Shown: positions 9,035-21,100 of the stretch, piece by piece | Position numbering within the stretch: position 1 is the stretch's first letter | Layout of the letters: each line of letters opens with the position of its first letter | Source of the DNA: a virus | Lineage: Duplodnaviria; Caudoviricetes | Direction: 5' to 3' (one strand) | Virus record (IMG/VR): IMGVR_UViG_3300020042_007509 | Span: 1 to 34,466 of that record | Length of the DNA: 34,466 nt | Notes under the pieces: generated by a model | Seen by the model: the letters and a program-made list of their open reading frames with translations, nothing else | The model's database searches: none | What the model was told of the DNA's origin: nothing | Program-made: the position numbers and the translations under genes

Positions 9035-10504
9035 ATGGCTCAACAATTTAACCCATTCGCCTTCCTAGGGAGGCTTGGTAAGTACAATCCAAATTCAGTC
9101 AAAGGCGTAAATAAATTTGGCTCTAGCGTAGGACTCAATCAGGCTAATACTGGTATGGGTTATTTGAACGCGGGTCAGAAGGCACTTAAGGGTGATATTG
9201 GTGGTGCTTTAACAACAGGTGCTGACACTTATCTAGGTGCTGCTATTCCTGCTTATGGTGCGCTAAAGACGTTCAACCAACTTACTGGTGGTGGTATTAA
9301 CTTCAATAGGATGATGAATCCTAAGAAGCCTGTATACGACGAGGCTGACCTAGCACGTAAGGCTATGATGACTGGTGAGATTGAAAGCCAGCGTAACCTT
9401 GCTAGTGAGCAGATACGTGGTGCAACTGAACGCCGACAGGCTATTCGTCCTATGCAGGATAAGGTGCAGTCTGACATCCTAGATATGCTTACGCAAGGTT
9501 TATCTAGTCGGCAACTTGCTCCTATCTATGGTGCAGGTGAAGCCCGTAACAGACAGATAGGTGCTGCATCTCAGGCTGCTATGCAACAGCAACTTGCTTC
9601 TAGGGGTGTTAGTGGTGGTGTACAAGCAGGTGTTGAACAGGCTAACCTAGCTTCTCAGAATGAGCGTTCTGCTGCTTTGAATAACGCTATTACTCAACAG
9701 CAGATACAGCAACGTCCTGAGATGTTGAATATGGCATCCAATCTACTTGCACAACGTGACGCACAAGCACTTAGTGAGATGCAGTATGGTCAAGGTCTAA
9801 ACCTACAGGCTAGTCAAATGGCTAACCAGCAAGCACTTCAAGAGCGTCAGTTACGTATGCAGGAAGATGCTGCTTCTCGTGCTAGACGGCAACAAGAGAT
9901 GGAGAGTGTAGGTCAGTTAATGGCTTTGCTATCTCCTGAACTTCAAAGGTTAAAGACTAGAGATAAGAAGCCTGGTACATCTGACTTTATGCCAACAGAC
10001 ACACCAACCTCTGAACAGATTGCTAGTGAGATTCTGGCTGATGAGAAAGCACAATATGACGCACTACTCAATAATGCTCCAGTAGTAGGTCGTAGCGGAA
10101 ACTTCTTCCAAGACCTTAGAGATGCAAGTGAACTTGAACGCTCAATAGGAGAGGGTTCAGCACCTTTAGGTGATGCGTTTAATGTGCAGAATGTACTTCG
10201 TGGCACATTTGGTTTAGCACAACCTGAAAATGTTGCTGGTGAGATGATGCGTGTAACAGACGTTGGAACAATAGATGAGATTGAAGCAAGTCGTGCTAAA
10301 CGTATTATGAAAGATGTAGGTAATGGACTGGCAATAATGGCTTACAAAGACCAAGCCACTGGACAGTACTTTAAACAATATGTTAGGTCTAATCCTGCAT
10401 TACTTGGTGAGTCAATATCTGGTAATCCAGTGCTTACTAAATCTGAGCAAAGACAGCAGCGTGGAGTATCTCCATTAGGGTTTGCTAGTGCGTTCTACGG
10501 GTAA
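9035..10504 (+). CDS. Putative internal virion / DNA ejection (pilot) protein
   Basis: Gly/Ala-rich N-terminus and Gln/Ala/Met-rich coiled coil (QQQLASRGVSGG); follows the nozzle-like gene. Confidence 0.55.
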   Translation: MAQQFNPFAFLGRLGKYNPNSVKGVNKFGSSVGLNQANTGMGYLNAGQKALKGDIGGALTTGADTYLGAAIPAYGALKTFNQLTGGGINFNRMMNPKKPVYDEADLARKAMMTGEIESQRNLASEQIRGATERRQAIRPMQDKVQSDILDMLTQGLSSRQLAPIYGAGEARNRQIGAASQAAMQQQLASRGVSGGVQAGVEQANLASQNERSAALNNAITQQQIQQRPEMLNMASNLLAQRDAQALSEMQYGQGLNLQASQMANQQALQERQLRMQEDAASRARRQQEMESVGQLMALLSPELQRLKTRDKKPGTSDFMPTDTPTSEQIASEILADEKAQYDALLNNAPVVGRSGNFFQDLRDASELERSIGEGSAPLGDAFNVQNVLRGTFGLAQPENVAGEMMRVTDVGTIDEIEASRAKRIMKDVGNGLAIMAYKDQATGQYFKQYVRSNPALLGESISGNPVLTKSEQRQQRGVSPLGFASAFYG

Positions 10505-10509
10505 TAACT

Positions 10510-12147
10510 ATGGCTATCAATCTTACAGGTCTACTACAGGGATTCCAGCAAGGTAATCAGTTCGTTGAACAACAGCGAGCATCTAAACGTGCTGATGAGC
10601 AATTCAAACTTGCTGAACGCCGACAGCGTGGAAGTGAACTTGACTCTAAGTTTAAGGAAGCTCGTCGTGTCGCTGAACTCGATGCCCTTGATGATGAGAA
10701 CACACTTAAGTCACTTCAAGTACCCGGTATGGATGAAGGTAGCCGTCAGGCTATTCTTGAAGCACGTAAGCGCAGGCGTTCTGAGAATGAAGCGTATCTA
10801 AAGACGTTCTCTGCTGACCCTGAGTCAGCGCAGGAACTTACTACTAGGTTTGGTGACATCACTAAACTTATGCGTCCTTCTACTATTCAGTCTGGAATGT
10901 TACCTAAACCTTCTATGGATATTGCCAACATTATTAAGATGGCAGAAGGTTATCGTAAGGAAGCAGAACTCACACCTGATGAGCAGACTAAGAGTTTCCT
11001 TGTACAGCGTGGTCGTGATGCACTTGAAGCACTAGGTGCTGCACCTAATATTACGGATAAGTTCCTTCCTGCTTTTAGGTCTGTTGTTGGTAAAGGTCAA
11101 GAAACGGTTAGTCCATTAGCACCAGTAATGGAACCAGAAGCACTAACCGCTAAGGGTCTTGGTGCTGGTAGTACGTTTGTAGACCCTCAGACTGGACAGA
11201 CTGTTCGTATTACCGAGCAGGGTGGCAAGTTGATGAAGGCTTACGTCACTCCACCTAAGGATATTACTGCTGAGTATATGCCTTCAGGTATGGAGGGTGT
11301 AAAACTCAAGAAGGCTCAGTCTGATATTTCTAGAACAGAGGCTGCTATCAAGGATATTGAATCCAAGATAAAGATGCGTCCTAAAGACCTTGCGCTTAAA
11401 TCTGAAATAGCCTTCGCAAAGATTAAAGATACTGGTCTAAGAACTCAGATTGCTCAAGCTAGTCTAGGTATTAAAAGTGCAGGACTTGCTTTGCGTAGAG
11501 ACCTAGCCGAACTTGCTCGTGAAGATGCCAAACGTAAGTTAGGTATTACTACCTCATTTAAAATGGCTGACTTTATGCGTAAGGTACAAGGTACTGCTCA
11601 AGGTAAAGTATCTAGTGCTGAAGCATCACTTCGTTCCGTTCAAGGGAAACTTGCTAAAGCTATTAAAGAAGGTAGTCCATCTGAGGTTCAGACTTATAGG
11701 TCTATATCACAAGCACTAGAAGCCGAAGTTGGTAAGTTACAAGCAGCTGCAGCAGGGAATATTGACTACGGTATGTTCAAGTCATCTATGGATAGCCTTG
11801 GGCTAGGTGACGTTGATGTAGATATGTCAGCATTCAGTATGGGTGGTGCTAGTTATCCACAACAGTACGGTGGTTATTATCCACAACAACAGCAATCACC
11901 TGTAGTAGTAATGCAAGGTGGCGGTCCTGCACCTTATCCTTATCCATATCCTGCACCGGGTCCAGCACCATCACCTAGCCCAGCACCTGCTGGTGGTGGT
12001 ACAACTGCTGGTAGTGCAAGGTTTATATTGAGTGATGGGAGTGCTTTACCTGTTGGACCTGGTGGACTTCGTGTTGGTTCACAACCGAATCAGATTCCAA
12101 ACAAGGCTAAAGCACTAGCAGGAATGATGTCAGGCGGCAAAAAGTAA
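10510..12147 (+). CDS. Putative internal virion / ejection protein
   Basis: GLLQGFQQG start, coiled coils and a Pro/Tyr/Gln-rich tail; precedes the giant protein. Confidence 0.5.
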   Translation: MAINLTGLLQGFQQGNQFVEQQRASKRADEQFKLAERRQRGSELDSKFKEARRVAELDALDDENTLKSLQVPGMDEGSRQAILEARKRRRSENEAYLKTFSADPESAQELTTRFGDITKLMRPSTIQSGMLPKPSMDIANIIKMAEGYRKEAELTPDEQTKSFLVQRGRDALEALGAAPNITDKFLPAFRSVVGKGQETVSPLAPVMEPEALTAKGLGAGSTFVDPQTGQTVRITEQGGKLMKAYVTPPKDITAEYMPSGMEGVKLKKAQSDISRTEAAIKDIESKIKMRPKDLALKSEIAFAKIKDTGLRTQIAQASLGIKSAGLALRRDLAELAREDAKRKLGITTSFKMADFMRKVQGTAQGKVSSAEASLRSVQGKLAKAIKEGSPSEVQTYRSISQALEAEVGKLQAAAAGNIDYGMFKSSMDSLGLGDVDVDMSAFSMGGASYPQQYGGYYPQQQQSPVVVMQGGGPAPYPYPYPAPGPAPSPSPAPAGGGTTAGSARFILSDGSALPVGPGGLRVGSQPNQIPNKAKALAGMMSGGKK

Positions 12148-15100
12148 TGGCTGAAAACCCAAAGCAGAGATTTCGTAGAGTTCTTAATGACCTGTCTTTA
12201 GATGACAGAACATTTCTTGATAGTGGACTTCGACGGATATACAGCGAGTCTCTGTCGTACGGTTTAAAGAATAACTTACTTACAAAAGATGAAGTAATTA
12301 AGTATCAGACTCTTGCTAAACAGAGAGATACTTCTCTACGTAAAGTCAACGTACTTGACCCACAAGGTAACCCTATCTCTAAGGAAACAACCATTCCCGT
12401 TATGCGGAATGGTCAAGTTGTTCAAGAGAAGCGTGTAACACCTGTAACACCATTTGACTTATTGCGTAAGACAGGTGGTCAGATGGAAGGTGGTTCAGTT
12501 GATGGTCCACTCTTTACTGGTTACACATTAGATACAGGTGCGCCTATAGGTACTGCTCGTAAGAAGTTTCAAGAGGAAGTTATTCCTACTGCACAAAAGG
12601 CTGCTAAGGAACTTGAGCGCACTAGGGGTGAGAGTAAGTTCTATCAGCCTGGAACAATCGCTGGTCTTGCTGCTGGTGGTCTTGCATCTATCCCTGTAGG
12701 TATTGCAAAGGCTGTTACAGCCCCTATTGCTTCAGGTATTAGTCGTGGTATTGGCGTGGTCAATCCTGAGGCTTCTAGGCAGTTTGACGAGAGTCTTGCA
12801 AAAGCCTATTACCCTGAGGCTACAGTTGATGTATCTCAACCATTTAAGACTGGTGTTGACGTAGGTCAAATTGCTGGTATTAAGGCGGCTGAGGCTATCC
12901 CTGCAACTGTTGCTGCAACTATTGCTGGTAGTGCTGCTGCTGTTCCAACTACATTTGTAGCTGGTCCAATCGCTGGTGCTGCTGCTGGTATAGGAACAGG
13001 TTTACTTACTGCAGCTGGAGTAGGTCAAGCTCAGAACTTCCTTACAGAACTTGCCTTGGGTTCGTCTTATAAACCTGCTGCTGAAGGATTTGGTTTTGAC
13101 ATCCAACGTAGTCCACTTAGTGAGGCTCGTGCTAGGTTTACTCAAGAACGTACTGAACTTGCACCTAGTGCTGCATTTGCTGGTGAGTTTGCACCTAACC
13201 TTTTGATGGGTACTCCTACACTTCCAAAGGGATTGTTTGGTGGTGCTAAAGCAGGACTTGCTGCAACTCGATTAGGACAAGAAGGACGTGCTGCTCTTAC
13301 GGCTGCATCTATGCCAACTGCTGATAGCCTTGCTGGACGTTTTGCTGCAACACCTGTAATGCAAGCAGGTCGTGCTGTTGGTCAACGTCTTGAACGTATC
13401 CCTGGGGTTGGTGCTGCTGCTACATTCGGTCGTGGCTTTGCTCAGTCTGAACCGGGGCGTGAGTTCCTTGGTGATATTGCAGAGCGTGGTGTTGAAGGTT
13501 CTGCTGACCTTTACTTTGCACTCAAAGAGAATGCAGATAAACCGGCTGACCAACGTGACCCTATGTGGATGATTCTTGGTAAGACTGCACTAGGTTCTAT
13601 GTTTGAAGGACAGCATAGACTTGGTACTAAGTTGAATGCGCCAGGACAAGCATTAGGTATGGCTGCTGTACGTAAACTTGATGAACGTATGGGTACGTTC
13701 ACGCCAGAGGCGTATACAAGCCTTGCACTTCCAGTTGTACCTTCGCCTACTGCAACCACTCCTACGGGGGCTACAGCGACTTTTAGAGTACCTTCTCCGT
13801 TCACCTTTAGTAAGACTAGAGTTACTGGTGCATCTACTCCACTACCAACACTTGAAGAGGGTGTTGTTCCTATTGGTGGAGGTATGGTTGCACGTATTGC
13901 ACCTACTGGTGAAGCGACTGTTGAGACAGCACCTCCGGTTGACTTTGACCGTACTCCAGCGTCTAGTGCTTCGATTGGTCGTAACGTACTTGACGCACTT
14001 GGTGGCGTTGCACCTAAGAGTAACATTCTTAGTGTTGGAAATATTGGACGTGTTGGTACACGTTTTGGAGTTGTCCAATCTCAGGGTGGAGAGTCTCAAG
14101 TATTCCTTGGTCTTACGCATGACGGACTCGTTATGGTTAAGGCTACTGATAAGAAGACGGGTGAGTCTAGTATTGACCTCGTAAGTCCTGACTTGCTGAT
14201 TGGTGATAACAAGCGTATTGCTCGTGAAGCGTTCAAGGCAGGTAACTTACTGCCTAGTGATAAGACTGGATATCAACGTAAGGATTACGACGTTGAACTT
14301 AGTCGTACGGCTGATTACGAACCTACGTCTGAGGGTGAAGGTCCATCTTCTAAGGACTTCGATAAAGAGATTCGTGTATCTAAGAACCCTATCTTTGGTC
14401 GTGTAGTCAAGGCTATTGACGAGAACTTCTCAGTCATGCAGATTCCATCACCTGTTGGTGGCTTTGACATGATGGTTGTTCCTAACGATACTGTTACTGG
14501 GCTAAGTCGTGGTAAACGTGCTGTTGCAGGTGAGGTTCTTGATACTACTTCTATGAACCTTGATATGTCTGCGTATCGTGTTGATAGAGGTAAGTATGAC
14601 CCTATCTTTAAGGGTTCTGATAGACAGCGTATAAGTGATGCTACGCATCCTATTATGCTTACACCTGAGCAAGTCGCTGATGCTGCTACACGTAAGGTTA
14701 ATCTTGGTAACTTCCGTAACCAGTTGAAGGCTGAAGGTCGTGCTGAAGGTGATGTAAATACTCAGTATGACGCTGCTCGTAACAAGTCTTATGCTGACTT
14801 ACGTAAGACTACTCCAAAGGCTACGAACGATTACGCTGTTGGTAATACGATTGACTTTACAGCAGCTGATGGTGAAGTATCAAAGGGTGTTGTTGTAGGT
14901 AATACAACGTACGGTCCAACTGTAGTTGATGTAGCAAATCCTATGTCACCTGCGTTTACTGTTCAGGAACCACAGATTCTAAGTAGTAGTGCAGAACCTA
15001 CTGTCAAACCTGAACCAGAGAAGAAGACTACTGCTAAACCTAAGGCTGAGAAGAAAGCACCTGCTAAGAAGGAGCCTGTAAAGAAGGCAGAACCTGTGAT

Positions 15101-18100
15101 TGAGGCTAAACCTGAAGCATCTAAGGTAGAGCCTAAGGTTGAAGTAAAGCCTGAACCAGTAAAGGCTGAAGCACCTAAAGAAGAGGTGAAGGTTGAACCT
15201 GCTAAAACTCAAAAACCAAAGGTTGAGAAGAAGGTTGAACCCACTAAGGCTGAGATTACACCTACTCCTAAAGTTGAGCCTGAAGTACCTAAAGCAGAAG
15301 TTGCACCTACACCTACTGTTGCAGTAGAACCTACTAAGGTTGAAGAGCCTATGCCTTCAGGTGTACCTGTATCTGGTTATGGTGTTTCTAATCCTAAGGA
15401 AGTTGCAGAACTTATTGGTGAGAAGCGATTTGAACTAGGTAAGAAACTTACACTAGAGCAACGTAAACGCATTCTAGGTAAGGTTGGTGACTCATACGTA
15501 GACCAACGCCATCAAAAGGAATTTGCTGGTCTGGATAGTCGTGGTGAAGAAATGTACAGATATCCGTATTCAACGGGTCATATGTATGTTTCCAACATTA
15601 CTGGCAAGTTCATCCGTTACTACGTTGTTATTCCTGCTGACATAACCGAAGGTCTCATAGGTGTCAAACGTGACATCTTCGCTCACCCTAGTGAACTATT
15701 CCCTGATATCAATTCAAGTAAAGCTGTTGATATGGCTAGGACGCAGAGGTCATCACAACTACGTCAATTACTCAATAATGCAAATCAGTTGCAAATTATC
15801 ACTGATGATGAGTTCAATACGGCTATTAATCTGCTTCCTAGATATGTAGAAGAGAAACTCAAAGAGAAGTCTACTAAGGCTATAGAAGACGTTATAACTA
15901 AGGCAGAAGCATACAACAACCTTGGTGGAGAGGTTGATGCTCTTGCTAAAGCAATACGAGATAACGCTAGTGAAGGCATTCCTATTTTCTATGACAATAA
16001 AGGAGAGGTTGATTTTTACGATAAGCGTTTGCGTGAAAACTTACTTAGTGATGAGTTCTCAAAGAGAATTGCATACAAGTCATTAAATGATGTTCCGTTT
16101 GATGCCAAGTATAAAGGTGCTGTAGATGCTGCGATAACTCGTGTAAAGCGTGAAGCAAAACCCGCTGTTGCGGTTGAACCTACTAAGGTTGAAGTTCCTG
16201 AAGTACCTAAGCCTGTAGTCAAGCCGACTATCTCATCTGCTGACCTTATTGGTGAATCCGATATCACTTCATCAGACGAAGGAAGTGCGCTGAATGTCAC
16301 GTTACCTGGTGATGTGCAAGTCCTTGATGATGACGGTTCTCTCGTACGTGTCCAAGCATCTATCGAAGGGCTTGAGGACATTAATGATGTGTTCCGTAAA
16401 GCACGTAACATTGGTGAACTACGAGATGTGCTTAGGGGAGTAATCAAGGATGCAGGTATCCTTAAAAGCCCTGCTGATATTGATGCTGCCGCAGACAAGT
16501 TGTCTAAGTACTACGACGAGTGGCTTAGAGCATTCGTTAATCGTGACCTTCTGATTGCACAACAATACGCTCAAGGTATTCGTAAGTTTGCTAGTGTTGA
16601 AACATCTGGTAGTCAAACTCAATATGGTCTTGATGAGGTTGAGATTCTACCTACTGACAAACCTCAGGATGCGAAACAGAAGCGTATTCGCAATCGAATG
16701 GCACGTCTGTATCAAGCATACGATATGCCTCGTATTGCTCAGGTTGTTGACCTCCTGAATACTGAGATGTCAAAGAAGTTTGTAACTGATGTTGATGGCA
16801 CGTTTGTATACGACACATCTAAGACATTCTTTGATACTGACATTACTTCAGATGTGAAGTTGAATGTTGTACGTAAGGTTCAGTCGATGATGCTTAGTGA
16901 GCGTTATCGAACCAATATGCCTGTCTTCTCAGTTATGTCTAAAGCACCTCAAATCTCTGAGGCGTTTGATAAAGCATTCGTTGGTGAAGGTGCATACGTC
17001 AACATCAAGGGTAAGGATAACAATATCGGTCAGCAAGTTGTATTTATTACTACCAACCAAGCTGATGTATCCACTATCGTTGAAGAACTCTCACACGCCA
17101 TCCTAGAGAATATGCCTATTGATATGGCACGTCAGGTGGCTACTAAGCTTGGTAAGACTCTACGTGAACCAACAACAACTAATGAGAGTGTTGCTTCTTA
17201 TGAGTTACAGGAGATGTTTGCAGCCCGTATGCGAATGTCTTTACTTACTGGTGAAGATGCGTTCACTTCAACTACTGGAAGTAAAAAGACACGAGAACGT
17301 GTAAGTGGATTGTGGAATGGAATACGTCAGTTTCTGTCTGATGGCTATAAGGCTATGTCTACTGACATTACAAATGCTAAGTTGCCAGATGCTGCTGTTA
17401 CTCAGTGGAGTGTTCCATATAACCCTGAGACCATATCTCTATGGGATAAAGCACCTATCCTATTTACTGATGATGACCGTAAGGTCAAGTGGGGACAGAT
17501 ACAGCCAACTGACAAGTATAAGTTTGGTCCTGGTCTTGTGTCTGCTAAGAACCTAGAGAAGCCTATCGTCAACGTCAAGATGAAGGATGGGACAATTAAG
17601 GATATCAAGCCTATACAAGTACTTGCTATCTCTGATTATATGGACGGCAAGTTTGCACCTCAGTTTGGTCATATGTTATTGAGGTTCCTTTCAGGTTCTA
17701 CTGGTACAGACAAAGTACCTGTAGTTGGTCTCCTTGATTCTTACGACAAGGTCACTAAGGATATTCAAGATAATAGCTATGAAGGATTGACTGGCAAGAT
17801 TGACAACTTCGTAGATAACGCATTGTTTGATTACAGACTTGCTAAGGAGTCATCTTCTTCAAGTGAGCAAGTAAAAGCACCTGAATTATTAAGGTCTAAG
17901 TTACCTAATCTCCTTCTAGGAATAGTCAATCAGGCTAACCGTTACGGCGTATTGTCTGACGTAGATAATGACCCTAAGAGTTCGCTGAGTCTTAAGAACT
18001 GGCTGAATGCAATTGGTACACTCAGGGCAGGAGAAGGTTTAAATGAAAAGTCAGCATTCGCAAAGTTCTATGGTAAAGACGCAGAGTTCTGGATGCAGTC

Positions 18101-21100
18101 CAATATCAAGAAACTCCAAACAGCCATCCGAGACGCAAAAGAGTATTCAGGTGCGTTGGAGGGTAAGGGGCTATTCGATGATGATGCCTATCATTTCGAC
18201 GCAGGTAACACCGGCGGTAATCTCCTGTACTCCAGTCGGCAAATTGGTGATTCCAGTGAAAAGAACAGAGCCTTAGCTGACGGTCAAGCATCTACGTTAA
18301 ACCCTGATGCAGTAACACCTGTTGACTTTGCTATGACAGCAACTCAACGTGGTATGCCTAGAGAGACTATTACTCCTGTAGTCCAACAGCGTGTGATTGC
18401 TGACGCAGAGCGTAACGGTCTTGCCAACAGTAACATCCGTCTCCTAGAGATTAATGATGTTCTTGTTATTGATGGAACAGTCAATATTAGTGATGCTGGT
18501 ATCGACACCATTAGTAAGGCTATTGACTTCGCTGCAAGGAACAACATCCAGAACACCATACTGGTGACAAAGGCTACGCCTAATGAGGAACTTGGCTATA
18601 ACGCAAGCAAGGGTTACTCAGTAGAGCCATCTATAACCTTCCAGTTTGAAGACCCTATCGCTGACAACGTGTATGCGTTCATTAAGCGTATGCATCCGTA
18701 TGTACGTAAGAGTATTGATGGTCAGTCCTTGACTATCCACAACATTGAGCAAAAAGGAAAGTCGTATGAAGAGTCCCTCAAAGCCTTTGAGCAAGCAACT
18801 AGTAGGATTGCCAAAGAACTCGCTAAAAGACGTATTCCAGTTCAGGCTATCCAAGATACTGAAAGAGTCTGGAATTTCGGAAACGAATCGGCGCAAGGCT
18901 ACGCTGTCCCCTACTACGAAGCGAGAAATCTACTTCACCTCATCAACCCGCAAGTCCTTGAAACCGGACAAAGACCTGTCTCAGACCCAAGGGTAAAAGA
19001 AGTTCTACAGACAGCACTATCAACGGTTGCTGGTCGTAACATCAAGTTGCCTGATATCGACTTCTCTTCTGTCCCTGACAACCACGAACGTCGATTGGCT
19101 ATGGGTAGTAACTACGATAAGTTGCCAACTAACTCGTACGATACAAACCCTGAGACTAAGGAAGCATACGATTCCTTGATGTCTGAACTTGACAGGCAGT
19201 TCTCGTATCTTTCAATGACAGCATCTGTTGATGACTCTCGTTTGACTGCTTTGCATAAATATGGGAAGCACTTCCTTAGTGAGCCAATACCACCGGGTAT
19301 GGTGCGACGTGTTCATTACACTAAGTCAAAGGAAGCCCTAGACTCTATTGCTGAGAATGGTATTCGCCTTTCTAGTGCTAAGGGTGAAACATATGGAGAG
19401 CCAAACTTTGTTTGGTCTAACGAGTCTTCACTCAAAGCATATGAAGATATGAACTTCAAGCCTTTAGTTGAGTTCTGGGAAGACCCATCAAAGATTAAGT
19501 ACAACCAAAACCAACTGTCTGACGTAAAGCCTGAACAGATTATTGCTGTTCATAACGGTCCGATGTCATTCTACTTAAAAGATATGGTGAATGAAGTAGG
19601 TTTAGACCGCTCTATTGAGATAATTGAGAAGCTAGACCCAAAGAGACGTAATAATCCAGATGAACCATATGGAGATGTACTTGAAGCATTATTAGAGATT
19701 CGTGCGAAGCGTGATGCAGCACCTACGCCTAAGTATAAGTTGAAGTCTAAGTATGTAAGAGGTGGAGAAAGGATAGTAATCTCCACTCATCCACTTATGG
19801 CTCAGAGTAATCATAAGGATGTTAATGGAATACCACTCCGTTACATAGACTTGCTCAACTCTATTAATGACAGCATCTCTGACTCAGTCAAGCTTGTTAG
19901 TGGTGGTGAGCATTCTGACCTTATGGCTTTTGCTGCACACTCTGCTATTACTAAAGACCCTAAGGCTATACGTGCTTTGTATACAGAGACGCTTGGTCGC
20001 AAGGTGTATGAAAAACTTAGTGGTAAGGATGTACACAAGGCTGCACTACCAACTGTAGAAGACACCAAGACAGGTATCGTTGCTCTCGATAAGCGTGTAC
20101 AGGCTTTGTACGCAGAAACCAAATCACCTTACGGTGACCTAAAGAAAAATGAAGTCACTAACGGAATGGGTAGGGTTCAATATGCGTCTGGTAGTGGCAC
20201 TCCTCTTTATAGTCTGCGTCCTATTCGTGATGTCGATGTTAGCGATACTGGTGAACCTGATGTCGCTAGTAAAACAAATCCGGTCATAGTCGTTGATGAT
20301 GAAGGCACTGAGGTAAGTGTTACTGAAGAGAGCAAGATTGGTAAAGTACTAGACTTCCTTGATAAGAACCCAGTAATAGTAACCTTTGACGTACTAAACG
20401 CACTTGGTCGCTTTACAATGGCTGGAGACTGGTCAGCACCTCTTGTTCAAAACTGGCAACTTGCTAACCCTATTGAGTCACCGGGACTGTTCTTCAAGTC
20501 TCTGTTGTTTGGACCAAAGAGTCTTGCACCTAACCTAGCGATTGATACTGGTAAGGGTGGAATCAACAAGAATGCATTCCTTGGTCGTAGACAAGTTCAC
20601 GCTATGGGTGACGAGATACGAGCCAACAGATTCTATGAACTGGCTAAAGACAATGGTCTTAGCCTGGCAACTATTGAGTATGACCGCATCCTTGCAGAGA
20701 AACGTGCAGAGCGTGAAGAAAAACTAGCCCAGATGCGTGAGCGTGACCCTGATGCAACTCTCCCTGAGATTGACATTATGGATATTGACGAACTTGACGT
20801 AGACCCTGACATGATGGGACTACTGTCGGCTGAACGTCACGTACCGGGTAAGGCTGCATCTGAACGTGCTATGACGATGATGAAAGACTTTGTCAAGTTC
20901 AATAAGTTTACTCAAGCACTTGAGACGTACGAGCAGTTAGGCTATGACCCATCTTCTGATGGATTCAAAGAGATGGCTCAGGATATGGCAGCTATACTCA
21001 ACGTGATGAATGGTGATGTACGCTTCACTAAGAACGAGTATGACAAGTCTATTGGTCGTTTGATGAGACGTGTTATGTTCGCCCCTAGATGGCTTACTAG

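Noticed and set aside
14995-15350. Repeats as a CRISPR or mini-array
   Set aside because: They are degenerate, in-frame coding repeats without a constant repeat-spacer period.
15316-16194. DGR template/variable repeat pair
   Set aside because: The repeat is only 30 bp, both mismatches are synonymous third positions, and no reverse transcriptase is present in the window.
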